Below are positions 52,456-64,000 of a stretch of 64,000 bases of DNA, piece after piece. The stretch covers positions 28,460,001-28,524,000 of the forward strand of contig CM052818.1 in NCBI GenBank assembly GCA_028534125.1. Reading direction: 5' to 3'. A program made the position numbers and the translations under genes. The first letter of the stretch is position 1; every line of letters starts with the position of its first letter. The notes below the pieces were generated by a model, which was not told where the DNA came from, ran no database searches, and saw only the letters and a program-made list of their open reading frames with translations. Source of the DNA: Lama glama. Its lineage: Eukaryota.

Positions 52456-52710
52456 CTTTAGTGCAGATATATTTTAACATTTTTTATTGAGTTATACTCA
52501 GTTTACAATGTTGTGTCGATTTCCAGTGTAGAGCACAATGTTTCAGTTATCCATGAACATACATGTATTCATTGTCACATTCTTGTTCGCTGTGAGCTAC
52601 CACAAGATCTTGCATATATTTTCCTGTGCTATACAGTATAATTCTGTTTATCTATTCTACATATGCCTGTCAGTATCTACAAATTTAGAACCCCCAGTCT
52701 GTCCCTTCCC
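52456..52710 (-). mobile_element. Short younger L1 3' UTR nested antisense in the preceding L1
   Basis: tttttattgagttatactcagtttacaatgttgtgtc..cctgtgctatacagta..gtcccttccc; TSD atattcaatat(t/c)tt at 52442-52455 and 52711-52724. Confidence 0.88.
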
Positions 52711-52954
52711 ATATTCAATATCTTATAATAACTTTAATGGAAAAGAATCGGAAAAAAACCCAATTGTGTGTGTGTGTGTGTATAACTGAATCATTTGCTG
52801 TACACCTGAAACTAACACAACATTGTAAATCAACTATACTTCAATAAAAAAGAAGAAAAATTAATATATTCATTATTTTGGATTTATAAAGTTGTCAATT
52901 AATGGAAAGAGCTATCAGTACATGAGAAATCCTGAATATAACTTTGATTTCCTT

Positions 52955-53065
52955 GAAGAAATTAACCCCATCTAAGCCTCAATTTCCTCATGTGTAAAAT
53001 AAGAATATTAATGCCCACCTCATAGTTCTGTTCTAAGATTAACTTTTTAAAAATACCTAGCCAAT
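52955..53065 (+). mobile_element. MIR core
   Basis: ctaagcctcaatttcctcatgtgtaaaataag..cccacctcatag. Confidence 0.75.
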
Positions 53066-53344
53066 ACTGGTCTACTTTCACTCCCTTCTCCTTTTAGTAA
53101 CTTTATCGTTCTTTTTCAAATAAACTGTTAGACCTGTCATTCAACTTTGTTAAATTGACATTGAATCAACACATTTATTTCTCTATCTATTAGGTATAAG
53201 CTAATATTTTTAAATGCTGTATGTAATTTCCCATCAAGGACATTACAATGATGTTGGAGAGAAATGATATAATTGCATTACAGATTCAACCTAGCACTTT
53301 GAGCCAACAGTAAGAAAAATGGCGTAAGAAAAATAACCATACCT

Positions 53345-53740
53345 ATATTTATTAATCACTGCAACCTAAAAGAATTTGTGTTCGACAATGGGATGCTCAG
53401 ATGCGTAAGACATGATACATGCCATCAGAACACTCACATTTCAGTAAAGAAGATACAGGGCAGATGTTTAAAAGTGCTATTGAAGATGAGCAAAAGGAAA
53501 AGCTAAGAAAAGGAAAAAGAGGGCGAAATTACTTTCTGTAGAGATCTTGAAATGGTAATAGCCACTTGGGACAGCCCATACAGAGAGGAAGGCTTTTGTT
53601 AGATAGAGACATGGGGGAAGCCAATGCTCAAAAAACAGTAGCCAGAAAGGCTTACAGCATGTCTGGAGAATGGTGAGAAGTCCTGGACTCCACAAATAGG
53701 AAGAGGCAGTTGGTGATGATATTGGAAAAGGCTACAGCTG
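53345..53740 (-). mobile_element. L2 fragment (continues about 54270-55290)
   Basis: atgccatcagaacactcacatttcagt..gagaatggtgagaagtcc; downstream gaggcaaagtcgacaatgac..tgaatgtttagcatg. Confidence 0.5.
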
Positions 53741-53756
53741 AAGTGGAGCACCTGCA

Positions 53757-54267
53757 TGCTCTGCATGTGGACAGCTGTCTTTTATGCCTGTGGTGCCTCT
53801 GTCGCCTTCTGTAGGTTAAGAGCAGAGTCATTTTCTTCAGGGTGCTTCACTCCTCTTACCCTGTGATTCAGTTAAAATTATCAATAATGTTACTCTTCAT
53901 CCTTCTTCCCCATCTCCTACCAAGAGGTAGAAATGTAACTCAATTTAGGCCAATCAATCTGTCACTTGGGAATCTGAGTACTGATCAAGGAGGAACATGA
54001 ACCAAAGCACTGTGAGCACTAAATCAACTTCAGCACCTTCATGCAAAAGTTCTGAATCCCACTATCAGAATCTGCCCACTTTCTCATTCTGCCCAAGTCC
54101 CCACATCTCCTTTACTTTAGTAGCATTCTCTGGATCCTTCCAATAAACTTCTTGTGTGTGTTTGTTGGGGGAGGGGGGTTACAAAGTTTTTGTTTTTCCA
54201 TTTTGTTTTGTATAGCTTAATTAGAATCAGTTTCTGTTGATAATGAGCAAAAAATTCTGAAGATGTC
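53757..54267 (+). mobile_element. Old MaLR/ERVL LTR (MLT1K/L-like)
   Basis: atgtaactcaatttaggccaatca..ccaataaacttc..gcttaattagaatcagtttctgttg. Confidence 0.55.
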
Positions 54268-54469
54268 TAATGGATCTCTACATAATTTGCAAACCATGAG
54301 GAGCAGTTAAAATTTATTGAAGAGCAGTATAATAAAGATGCAATGTAGGGAAAATTGAAGCAACAAGGAATTAGAGTACAGGCAGGAGGAAGTGCAGAGC
54401 TACGTGGAATTAAGAGGATTGGGAAGGAGTCGAAGGCTATAAAGCATCACAGATACAAAACTGATATAG

Positions 54470-54705
54470 TTTGGAGGAATGAACACTAGACATTATTGTT
54501 AAGAAAAAAAAACTTGAGTTTGAATCCCACTTCCTGCCCAACTTCTGGCTTATTTAGGCAAGTTTCTAACACTGAACCCTTATTTCTAAACTTACATAAT
54601 GTAGACAGTAATATCCCTTCACTGTCATATTTTGAGGATTTAAATCATAATACATACAAAGTGCTAACTTCACCTCTTTCACATAATAGGTGACAAAGTA
54701 ATGTT
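54470..54705 (+). mobile_element. MIR
   Basis: gagtttgaatcccacttc..ttaggcaagtttctaac..tgaggatttaaatcataatacatacaaagtgct. Confidence 0.7.
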
Positions 54706-56667
54706 CTATATTAGTTCATAAATTCAATAGGGCTTAGTAAATGACTGTATCTGACATGTGAAGTAAGAGGCAAAGTCGACAATGACCTCAAACTTTCGAA
54801 TCTGAGAGATGTAGTAGCTGATGACAGCATTTGGACAAGAGAAGTTGGTTTGGAAGTGGGTGAGTAAGACAATGAACTGGTTAAAACAGAAAACTGAATG
54901 TTTAGCATGTAGATTTTTGAGGCTACCAGGAAATGTTTTTTTTTTCCCCAAGACTTAAAGAGACTGCTGAAGCTTGCAGAAAAGCAAATTTAGAGATCCT
55001 CCTGACTGGAAAACTGAAAGATAACCAGTGAGTGACTACAAAAAGAATACTGATGACACTCAAATTCTAGTATGTGCTTATATAAGAGAGGGTGATAAAG
55101 GAGAGTAAGTGAAGGAGACAGAAGCAAACACAACATCACAACAGCACAGAAGCCTCAAACACCTCACATGCTGCAGAAAGGACAAGAAGCGTGGAATTAA
55201 AAGGAATCCATTAAATTGTCTCATTAGTGAATTTTCTCAGAGATTTGTTTCAGCGAAACATAAAAGTAGAACTAGATGTGAGGGACTGTGAGAATAATGC
55301 CTCATTTACGTTTCGACAGTTCTTATTTATGTTTCAGAAGTTATTCTGGGAGTGGCACAGGGTACAGTAAAAAAATGAAAGCAAAGGAAAGTTGTCCACA
55401 CATAAAATAATCAGTACTGGGATAATTAGAGCTGATCTGAGAATATAAGAACAATTTACAGTTTAATATAGTCATCCAAGTTAATGTGTGAACAAATCTT
55501 ACAAAAAGAAAGGGCATTTAGATGCCCCATACTCCAAATGTCATCACAGTGATTCCATTACATCTCTGCCAATGGTCACAATGTTGCAAGTGTTTTGAGT
55601 TTTTTTTTAATGAAAACATTTTTATCTTAACAATAAATTCAAAATAAACCACAAAATCATAGTCTTTAACACTGGCATTTTCTGATCTTGGTAAACATTG
55701 AAACTTAAAGACATATTTTTACAGAATTTCCAAGACAGTTAATTACTCTCCTATGTCAGCTTTCTCTAGAAATAAACTCCTTTTTCCCTCAAAGATCTCA
55801 TTAGATTTCTTTTCATCATGATAGCTCATTCATTTTTCTCTCTGTATGCAAATCATGCTATATTTAATAACAGGGTCATTTCCTAAAAGTCATATTAAAT
55901 AATGCACTTTATATTTAGCTCATTATAAACTCTCAAATAAGCAGAAGGGTAGAGAAGGACATGTTAGCAATCCTCTGTCTAGCCATGGAGAATCAGTGAC
56001 CACATTGGCTCTTGCACAGGACTTCTTGGTGTCCTTGCTAGGAGAGCTTGAACCAAACCCTGGCACTGGGAAAGAAGGTCCCAGGTTGTCCTCTGTGTCT
56101 TTCCATGGACAACAATGGACTGAATCCACAATTTGCATTTTATTGCCTATCTGCACCCATTATTTTCCCTAATAAATATTCAGAAGAGAAAAGACAGCTA
56201 AACCAAAATAACGTAACAATAGCAACACAGAGAAAACTCTCAGCCCCTACTAAGCAACCCAGTCACACTCAGTTACTTTTATGAGCAGTTGCGAATTTTT
56301 TCTGAGAGAAAAAAAGAGTGCTAGATTTTGGGATACATTGTTATGAAATTTCCTACAGAAGATGATTAATTATTTTAAATAAGACTCTAAGTTAAGCGTT
56401 TTTCTCCTTCTTTCTAATGGCTAAATTCCAATACTCTTATGAACTAAAATCTAAGGTATTTACAAGGAATTTGTTGGTAAAGTCTAGCACTAAGGTCAAG
56501 TTTATATTAACAAAAACAGGACATAATTATTAGCAAATTCAAAAATAAATAAAAGCTTTTGATTTTATCACTGGTTATTTAGGAACAAAACAAAATATCT
56601 GCATTAGCAATACTTAACAAAAATCAAATGAATAGGAACATCTGATCTGATTAATTTTTTGTTGTTA

Positions 56668-56800
56668 ATTTCATTCATTCACTTATCTATTGATTTAGCT
56701 AACATTTATTTTACACTTAATAGATTCTAGATAACTAGGAAGAAATCGAGAAGGGAAATAAACTGCCTGAAGGAGTTTATTATTAGAAAAAGTTTCATAC
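56668..56800 (-). mobile_element. L2 3' terminus
   Basis: ttcattcattcac..aacatttatt..ctgcctgaaggagtttat. Confidence 0.5.
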
Positions 56801-58824
56801 AGAGGAGCCTAATGAAAACAGGTCTGGAAGGAAAAAAAAAATGACACTCCCTTCCACCAAGGCAAGAAGGCTACCTCCTTCCCTGTCATTGCCTCTGTCT
56901 CCTGAATTCTGGTGAAAAAAAATTAATAACAAAAATAATAATAACTAATACTTTGTGAATACTTACTGTATGCCAATTATGATTTGGTCACTCTGGTCTC
57001 ATGAGCTCATTATGTATAGTAAAATTTCATTTATAGAAAAACATGTTATACAAAAAAAACTTTGGTAGAGGGCCTCTACTGTGATGTCTCCCAGCTTGTG
57101 ATGATACTACACTTTTTGATTCATCAGGCATTTTGACTCCACAAAGAAACCATAATTATATTTGTGTTTAACCTAAGATCCAGACAATTATCTTTTAACA
57201 CTGAAAATCTTTCAAAACACAAAAATGTGAAATTAAGAGCTCCTTAAGTTTATATGCACCTCCCCATCCCTGCTTACATACCTCTGCATTTCTGTGTTTG
57301 TTTTATCTTTAGGACAATTAAAAACAAAGAATCTAAACTGCATTTGTAATGAAAAGAGACAAAAAGGAAGGAGAAAGGGGGTGGAAAATGGGAATACCTA
57401 AGACTGGTGTTGGCATTGTGCAAACAAAGAAACGATTTCCCTGGAGAAATAGCTGTCAGTTTCCTTCCTTATGGCAGCATTTTTAAAAGTAAGATGCACA
57501 TAGAGACGTGTCCCTGAACAGCTGCCGTGGTCTGTAGTGAGCCCTGCTCACCACTTCCTATTCTCTGTGAGGCCTGGGTTTACATTTTCAAATTCTGAGC
57601 TCTAGAGTCATGTCAGCCCACCAGTAAGTACCCTTTCTTTAAACATTTCGAAACACCTCTATTCAGTTCTCATCCAGGAAGAACAATGGCTGTGCTGGTG
57701 GGGAGACACCATTGACGAAATTGCAGGTAAACCTTAGTCTTCCATCCTTCTGACACATGGGTGGGAATTCACACCATGGATTTTTAATGTGCTCTTTTGT
57801 TCCAAGCAACTGGGAGTGGATGTACTTTTCTTTAAATTTTCTAGTTTATCTAAATTTTATATGGCTTTTGTTTCTTTAATCTAAGTACATATAAACACGT
57901 ATGGCCTTTTAAAAATTAATTAAGGAGAAACAAACTTCACTGATACACCTGTTTTCAATTTCAGAGATTCCAGATCAGAAATATCTTCTTAGCATGATGT
58001 CTAGTGAGCTACAGACCACACAGTTAAGGAGCAAAGGAGTGGGTAGTATAGACTCTCCCTTCCTATCCTTTTTCCTACTGTGTGCTTCAGGATTCTTGCC
58101 TGACATGGAAGTAAATCTGAAAGTAGAAAAGTTATTAAAAATGTATAACTCCATGAAATGGAATTACTTATTTCAAGCACATGAAGTACTTTTGAAAGCA
58201 AACCTTATTTCATCTCCAGGTACATGGGAAGGACAAAGAAAAAGATTTATTTTCCACAGGATATCAGAGAAATAAAATAATCTGTAATATTGCAGAAAAA
58301 TGCACAGTATGTTTAGGTAGCTAACCAATAACCCAAAGGCTATAGTTTCATAAAATATAGAAAAATGCTCATATCCCTTATTTTTAAACAAACAAAACCT
58401 AATTCCTGGTAATCTGTTAAAAACTGAAGAAAGTAGGAATGGCAGTATGCTAACAATCATATTACCATTAAGAGTAAACCAACAGGTTGATAATTATCAT
58501 TTTTCCTCTCTAATTTTATCTGATGCACTAAGTTCTTTAATGAATTCAACAAAGTGTGTGCAATGATTGAAATTTTCATTTAGATGCAAGTGTAGGAGTG
58601 TTCTCCAGCAAACATGTAAAATCACAAGGTCTTATCTCCCTAACTCCCTGCTTTCATGTTTTTTAAACTATAGTTTGCAAACCGTTAGTAGATCTGGACA
58701 TAAATTTAGTGGGGTGGAACTAAATTTTTCCTTTCATGAAATAGACAGAGTAGAAAGTAGTAGATTGTATCACATATAGACAGGTAAATACAGTTTCCAA
58801 AATCTTCTGTTTCAGACATGCATG

Positions 58825-58826
<2 letters not shown>

Positions 58827-58868
<42 letters not shown>
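58827..58868. repeat. Perfect (GT)21 microsatellite, probably within an old hAT MITE (about 58790-58935)
   Basis: Uninterrupted GT run; flanks cagtttccaaaatc..ctgaaaactg resemble Charlie-type ends. Confidence 0.9.
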
Positions 58869-58870
<2 letters not shown>

Positions 58871-61800
58871 ACGTACTGGATCTCAGTGTAAAATACGTCT
58901 CACTGTGGATCATCTCAAAAAGGACTGAAAACTGTTACATTATACCATATATTAGCCCTTCAGTCAGGAGCTAATTTATTACTTCCATTTTCTGTATATG
59001 AGGAACTGAACCTCAAAGGAGAGGTGAATTGTTTAAGATGGAAGAACTGAGATTCTTACTTGTATTGCTAAAGGATAATCGCTATGCTTTCAAAATATAC
59101 ACCTAATCTTATCAGGCATAAAACTATCTTAAAGATATGTCTCAGTCACGTGTTGGGGTGTATGTATGTGTTTGTGTGTATCTCTAAAAAAAGAAAACAA
59201 TAACAGAACCTATCCATTCCTACTATAATTAGTTCCTAATAAATATTCTCTTATTCCTGAAATTGATGCAAACCTATTTGTCCATTGCTTGTCATTGATT
59301 TTTATACAGCTGCTAATCTAATGATTCTTCAGTGAATCTTATCTATTACACTGATAAAATTCTTAGTATCAGTTGTTTGAAAATTGAAAGGACCTGCCTG
59401 TGAAAATCAAGTCTGTCTTTTGAAATTTTAGCTTTAGACCTTCCAGAAACTTGGCAAGCCACTGATTATAAGTATAGCCATAGGTTAGAGTTATTCATAT
59501 AAAATTAATAAGGTTTAAACAAATTTCTATCTAATCCTCACTGAATGGCCTTAAATGTTTTGGTATTCTCGCTTATGCATTGTAAGCTCACCTTCTCTGC
59601 AGGCTTTCATTCATTCACTTAAGTTTCCAATAAGTTCTATTGAGCATTTCTCCCTGTCAGTCACTGTGGACTGGACTTACAAAAAATAACTAAGACCTGT
59701 TTTTGTGAAACGTTTCGTCTGCCAGAATATTTAGAGTTTTTGATGATTAAAAAAGAATCTGAAAAAAAAAGAATCTGAAAGTAATAGTTCTGTTACAGTT
59801 GTCTTTTCTACTTAAGACATGGTTTCTATAATTCTCTTTTCTATTTGTGCTCCTTCTCATTCATTCCTTTCTTTGAATGGTAGGACAACCTCCAAAAGTT
59901 GGTTTCTTAATTAAAATTGTTGAATATTTATTAATAATCTGCTAAGCAAAATTAAAACATATTAAAAGAAAAAATAAAGCAAAACAGAGTGAGAATAAAA
60001 TCAAGGATACTCTTGTAGGAATCATTTACAATAGTATTAATTTATCACTCCAATATGCCTCCATGACAAATCCATGGTGGACTGGGGACTCAAAGACTTG
60101 TTCTGTTTTATATCACTTGATATTTAGAAAATTGAAAGCTATTTATTTAAGATAATTCTATAGCTTCATTCCTTTTTTCACATGTGTAGCTTCCTAAAAC
60201 CGAGAAAGACCCGAGTTAGTTGCTAAGCAACAACTAAGATATTAGGAGTGGATGCAGAGACACATCTTTTGAATCAAGTAATTAATCAAAAGGTTTTAAA
60301 AACAAAGAAGCACAGTAGTGAATACTTCCATTAAGTCATACGTTTTAGGGAAAAGGCGGAAAGGTAAATTCTAACTAGGTGTAGGATGATTTTGTAGGCA
60401 GAATTGTTTTCTTTAAAGTATTATTAGATTTTTAAAAATAAATTCAACTTAATGAATCTTTTTCTTAAGAAACATTGATACTTTATCAACTACTTGACTT
60501 GCATCCAGAAAGTAGTGTTTGAAGTGGATTTTTAATTCAGCCAAAGAGAAACAAGCAAAACAGAGAAAGACTCCAATGAAGGATGTATTTTTCAAAATTG
60601 TATACAGAAGTTGAAGAAATTGGGAACAAATATTACAAATGTCAGCATCTCTGAGAGAGCATATTCTTGGATTGCTGGGACCTGCACAAGAAAATGCCAG
60701 ATTGCATACCTGAATAAACTTGAATCTTACCCATCAAAGGCATGTTAAAAATTGTGGGCAAATTGGACATTTTTTTCATTCTAAGTCTTCAGTCTTATAC
60801 ATTGTAGCTTTAGAAGATTAGAGTTGAACAGTCCAAATGGAAACCAGATAATTTGGTTGTCATGTGATATATCAGTGGCAACAGGATAAAGCAGAGGAGG
60901 ATTGAGAGAGGCTGGTGGGAACCTTCAGTGTACAGTGTCTATGACTAACTCCAGACTCCAGAAGGTGAGAAATTGCTATGGTGATTTAAAAAAACAAAAA
61001 CAAAAACAAGGAGACTAGAAATAGGTGAGATTATGGAAGAGTTTCTGGCACTTTTTAATGTAAGAGTACAAGCCCATTAAAGGAGAGAGCACAGTGGGGA
61101 ATCACTGGTTTGGGGGGTGAGAGAGACCTGGGTGCAAACCTTGGCTCTTTCTAGTTTTGTGTATTTGTACAAATTACTTAAGCTCTTCATAAATTCCAGG
61201 TATCTTTGGTGTGGCTATTTCATTAGTATATTACTATTTTTATTAATATTATATTTTAGATCACCGAAGAGAATGAGGGAAAAAATGAATCAATAGTTTG
61301 TGCTAGTGAACAAGGTTTATGTCTCTGATAAAAAACAGAGGGATTTCTGCTAGTATAAACGGTCCCCAGAATATAGGTCAACAGGAATTTGTTAGTGTGT
61401 GTTTGATGCCAAGAAAAGGCAAAGAGAATGCAGATATTCATAGAAATAATTAAATAAGCAAGTTTGTGTAGTAAGCAAGTCTGACAATCCTAATAAAATA
61501 CATCAAGACTTGGTTCCATTTATTTTTGCCAATGAGGCACATTAAAAACCTGATCATATATTGCCTTAGGATTTATCAAACGTACTGCTCTAAATAGCAA
61601 CAAGAAATAGCTCCAGATGGGATTGAGAACATTTTGATAATGCTTTGACTTCAAACTGAAGAGGAATCAGTGAGAAGTTCTAGCACCCACATCCTGAAAT
61701 ACTGTTATAAATATTTAAGACGTCTCCCCCTTTTCATCCACCTTGTAACTACATATTCAGGTAGGCTTTTGCCACTTATCACTAGGATTTTTAAAAATTA

Positions 61801-62099
61801 TTCTAAATTTATTTTTAATTCAAAAGCAACACACCAATTCATTTTCACTATAAAATGTCAATAAAATCAGATTTTTTAAATGTTCTCCATGATGTGTTTC
61901 CCACTGTTTTCTATACGTATACATGGAAGCACATTCAGAAATAGGTATCTTGGAGGTGGGGTGTCATAAATCTGTTCATGTCTACACACAAATATACACA
62001 CCACAAGTACACAGAACTAATTCTTTTAAGAGGCCATATAATATTACATACTATAGTATAATTATTTTCCATTTAATAAAACCTTAAATGATATTCTTA

Positions 62100-62478
62100 C
62101 TGTCATTAATAACAAACTACCGTAAAAGTGGCTTAACACAACAACAATCATTCCATTTGCTTGTAAATCTGTAAGTGGGAAAGGGCTTGGGAAGGGTCCT
62201 CTGTACACCATGTGGCATCAGATGGGGTGGTTTCACCAATGGCTGCTTAATCTGCTTGCAAGATGGCTTATCCACATGGCTGGTAAGTTGGTAATGACTG
62301 TTGGCTGAGACCTCAGATTGCCAACCAGAAACTGTTACTTAACCTAGGAAGTCAAATAGCTTCATGTGCACAGGACTTAGTCAGTGAAGCCACAAACCCA
62401 GCCCAGGATTAAGAAGTGAGGAGACAGACTCTCTCAATAAGGGAGTAATAAGTTTCCAGAAATTTGTGGGCAATGATA
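62100..62478 (-). mobile_element. MaLR LTR (MLT1H-like)
   Basis: taacaaactaccgtaaaagtggcttaacacaacaac..aagatggcttatccacatggctggtaagttgg. Confidence 0.8.
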
Positions 62479-62534
62479 AATATTTTTACTGACATCTTGA
62501 AAAAAATATAATGTATTACAGCCTATTTCCACGC

Positions 62535-63340
62535 CCTTCAGTATATGCAACTGCATACTTCTTGATGCACATCTGTGAATTGCAGTGGCCATATTTCCCA
62601 GTATTTCTAATCTATTACTCATCTATCTATCTATCTGTCTATCTATCTATCTATCTTAGTCATTCTAATATTCTATCAAAAGGCAATACACACAGTATAT
62701 GAGAGGTTCACTTTTCAACACAAATAACTCACACTAGATTTTTTTATTTTGCCAATCTTATGGGTGAAAATATCTCACTGGCTGAGTTTACAGTGCCTTA
62801 ATTACTATTTGTGCTATGTAATTTTTATACTCATTACTAAATTTAATTTTCTTTTCTGTGCCCTGCTTAATAGTTTCCACATCTTTCACTAGGATTTTTT
62901 AATGAATATGCAAGATTATTTTATATTGGTTTTTTTACTACTATATAATTTATTTTATGAATTGCAAAAATTTCTCCAGTATTTTCTTTCATATTTTTAT
63001 TTTCTACACTTTTTACAGAGTTTTATGGTATGTAAATAAGTTTACAGGCTAAATTTATAGTCTGTCAACATATTTTCTATTATGCCTCTTGTATTTTATG
63101 ACTTGCATAGGAAAGCCTTACACACCACTACTCTAAAACATTTACCTTTACTTTCTTCTAATGAGTGAAAGGTTGTTTTTAAATGTTTATCTTTTAATGT
63201 AATATGAGTTTTACTTGAGAATGATGAGAGGTAGGTAAACAGTTTTCTTTTTATGAGAGGTAGTCAATTATTATATTATAATTTATTGATAGTTCACATT
63301 TGCCTCTATGAACTGAAGATATCAATATTATTATTCATAC
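62535..63340 (-). mobile_element. Old L1 (L1ME-like) fragments
   Basis: ttttgccaatcttatgggtgaaaatatctca..gcaaaaatttctccag..ttttatgacttgcataggaaagcc. Confidence 0.6.
62621..62655. repeat. (TATC)n tetranucleotide repeat
   Basis: atctatctatctatctgtctatctatctatctatc. Confidence 0.9.
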
Positions 63341-63499
63341 CTCTCTTTATATATAATAATCTTTGAGAAGAATATAATATTTGTAATAGACATAATATAT
63401 AGAATATACATTATATAACATACACACATACATATAACATTTATAGATTGTTGGACATATCCAATAATCCATTTTGGGGCCAATTTCATGCTTCCTAAA

Positions 63500-63845
63500 A
63501 ATAATAGTTTTGTTCTTATGTAATTTACATACCATAAAATTCACCCTTTTAAAGCATACAATTTAGTGGGTCTTAGTGCACTCACAGAGTTATGCAACCG
63601 TTATCAGTATCTACTTCCAGAACATTTCATCTCCTCAAAAAGAAACTTCAAACCCAGTAGCCAGTCAGTCCCAGTTCTCCCCTCCTCCCAGACCCAGGCA
63701 ACCACTAATCTATTTTCCATCTCTATTGATTCACCTACTCAGGACACTGTATAAAAATGAAATTATATAATGTGTGGCCTTACACGCTTGGCTTCTTGAC
63801 TTGCCATGTTTTCAAGGATGATCATATCCCAGCATGTATTTATTC
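63500..63845 (-). mobile_element. L1MB-like 3' end
   Basis: tacataccataaaattcacccttttaaagcatacaatt..ttccagaacatttcatctcctcaaaaagaaac..ggcaaccactaatcta. Confidence 0.88.
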
Positions 63846-64000
63846 TGTGACAAGAGTCAAAAAGTAATTCTCTTTTTCTAGCTGCTCAGCTAAACATAAA
63901 TACCATGTTTAAAAATAGCACTTGATTTTTGAAGAGAGAAATGTTCAAAGGGTTCTCTAGAGTCCACTTCCTTAATAAAATGTTTGCTGAGTATTTCTTT

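Larger units (their letters stand above)
51501..52860 (+). mobile_element. L1 3' segment (L1_Art-like; ORF2 C-terminus plus 3' UTR plus A tail)
   Basis: ggagaaaatatttgcaaat..cacaccagtcaaaatggtcatc..tacacctgaaactaacacaacattgtaaatcaactatacttcaataaaaaa. Confidence 0.93.

Noticed and set aside
54028..54046. ttcagcacc as a REST RE1 site
   Set aside because: Only the left half matches, the GGACAG half is absent, and it lies inside an old LTR.
1..64000. CRISPR array, operon, CpG-island promoter, processed pseudogene or novel multi-gene system
   Set aside because: No regular repeat-spacer array, no CpG-rich segment, and no recognisable non-TE protein similarity. Composition and repeats are those of ordinary mammalian non-coding DNA.

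Overview
AT-rich, CpG-depleted mammalian non-coding DNA (intergenic or deep intronic). It is most likely from a camelid: there is a Vic-1-like tRNA-derived SINE at 2286-2416 and artiodactyl/camelid-type L1 3' UTRs. I find no host protein-coding gene, RNA gene, CpG island or CRISPR array. The ORFs I can recognise are retroelement-derived (L1 ORF2 C-terminus or RT), and the rest look like chance ORFs. Much of the window is interspersed repeat. There is a decayed ERV-L provirus (RNase H, integrase, dUTPase, 3' LTR) carrying three nested insertions, plus MaLR and ERV1 solo LTRs, L1s of several ages, L2, MIR, hAT MITEs and microsatellites. A 500-N scaffold gap lies at 28280-28779. The best-supported curiosities are retrotransposition footprints: a prematurely polyadenylated L1, a 5'-inverted (twin-primed) L1 with a second L1 nested in it, an L1 inserted in a MER20 TIR, and an empty target-site-like duplication. 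Several repeat-free, homeodomain/Sox-motif-rich blocks may be conserved enhancers. I see no evidence of a previously undescribed biological system. Repeat family names come from recalled consensus similarity, not a database search, and the boundaries of old elements are approximate.
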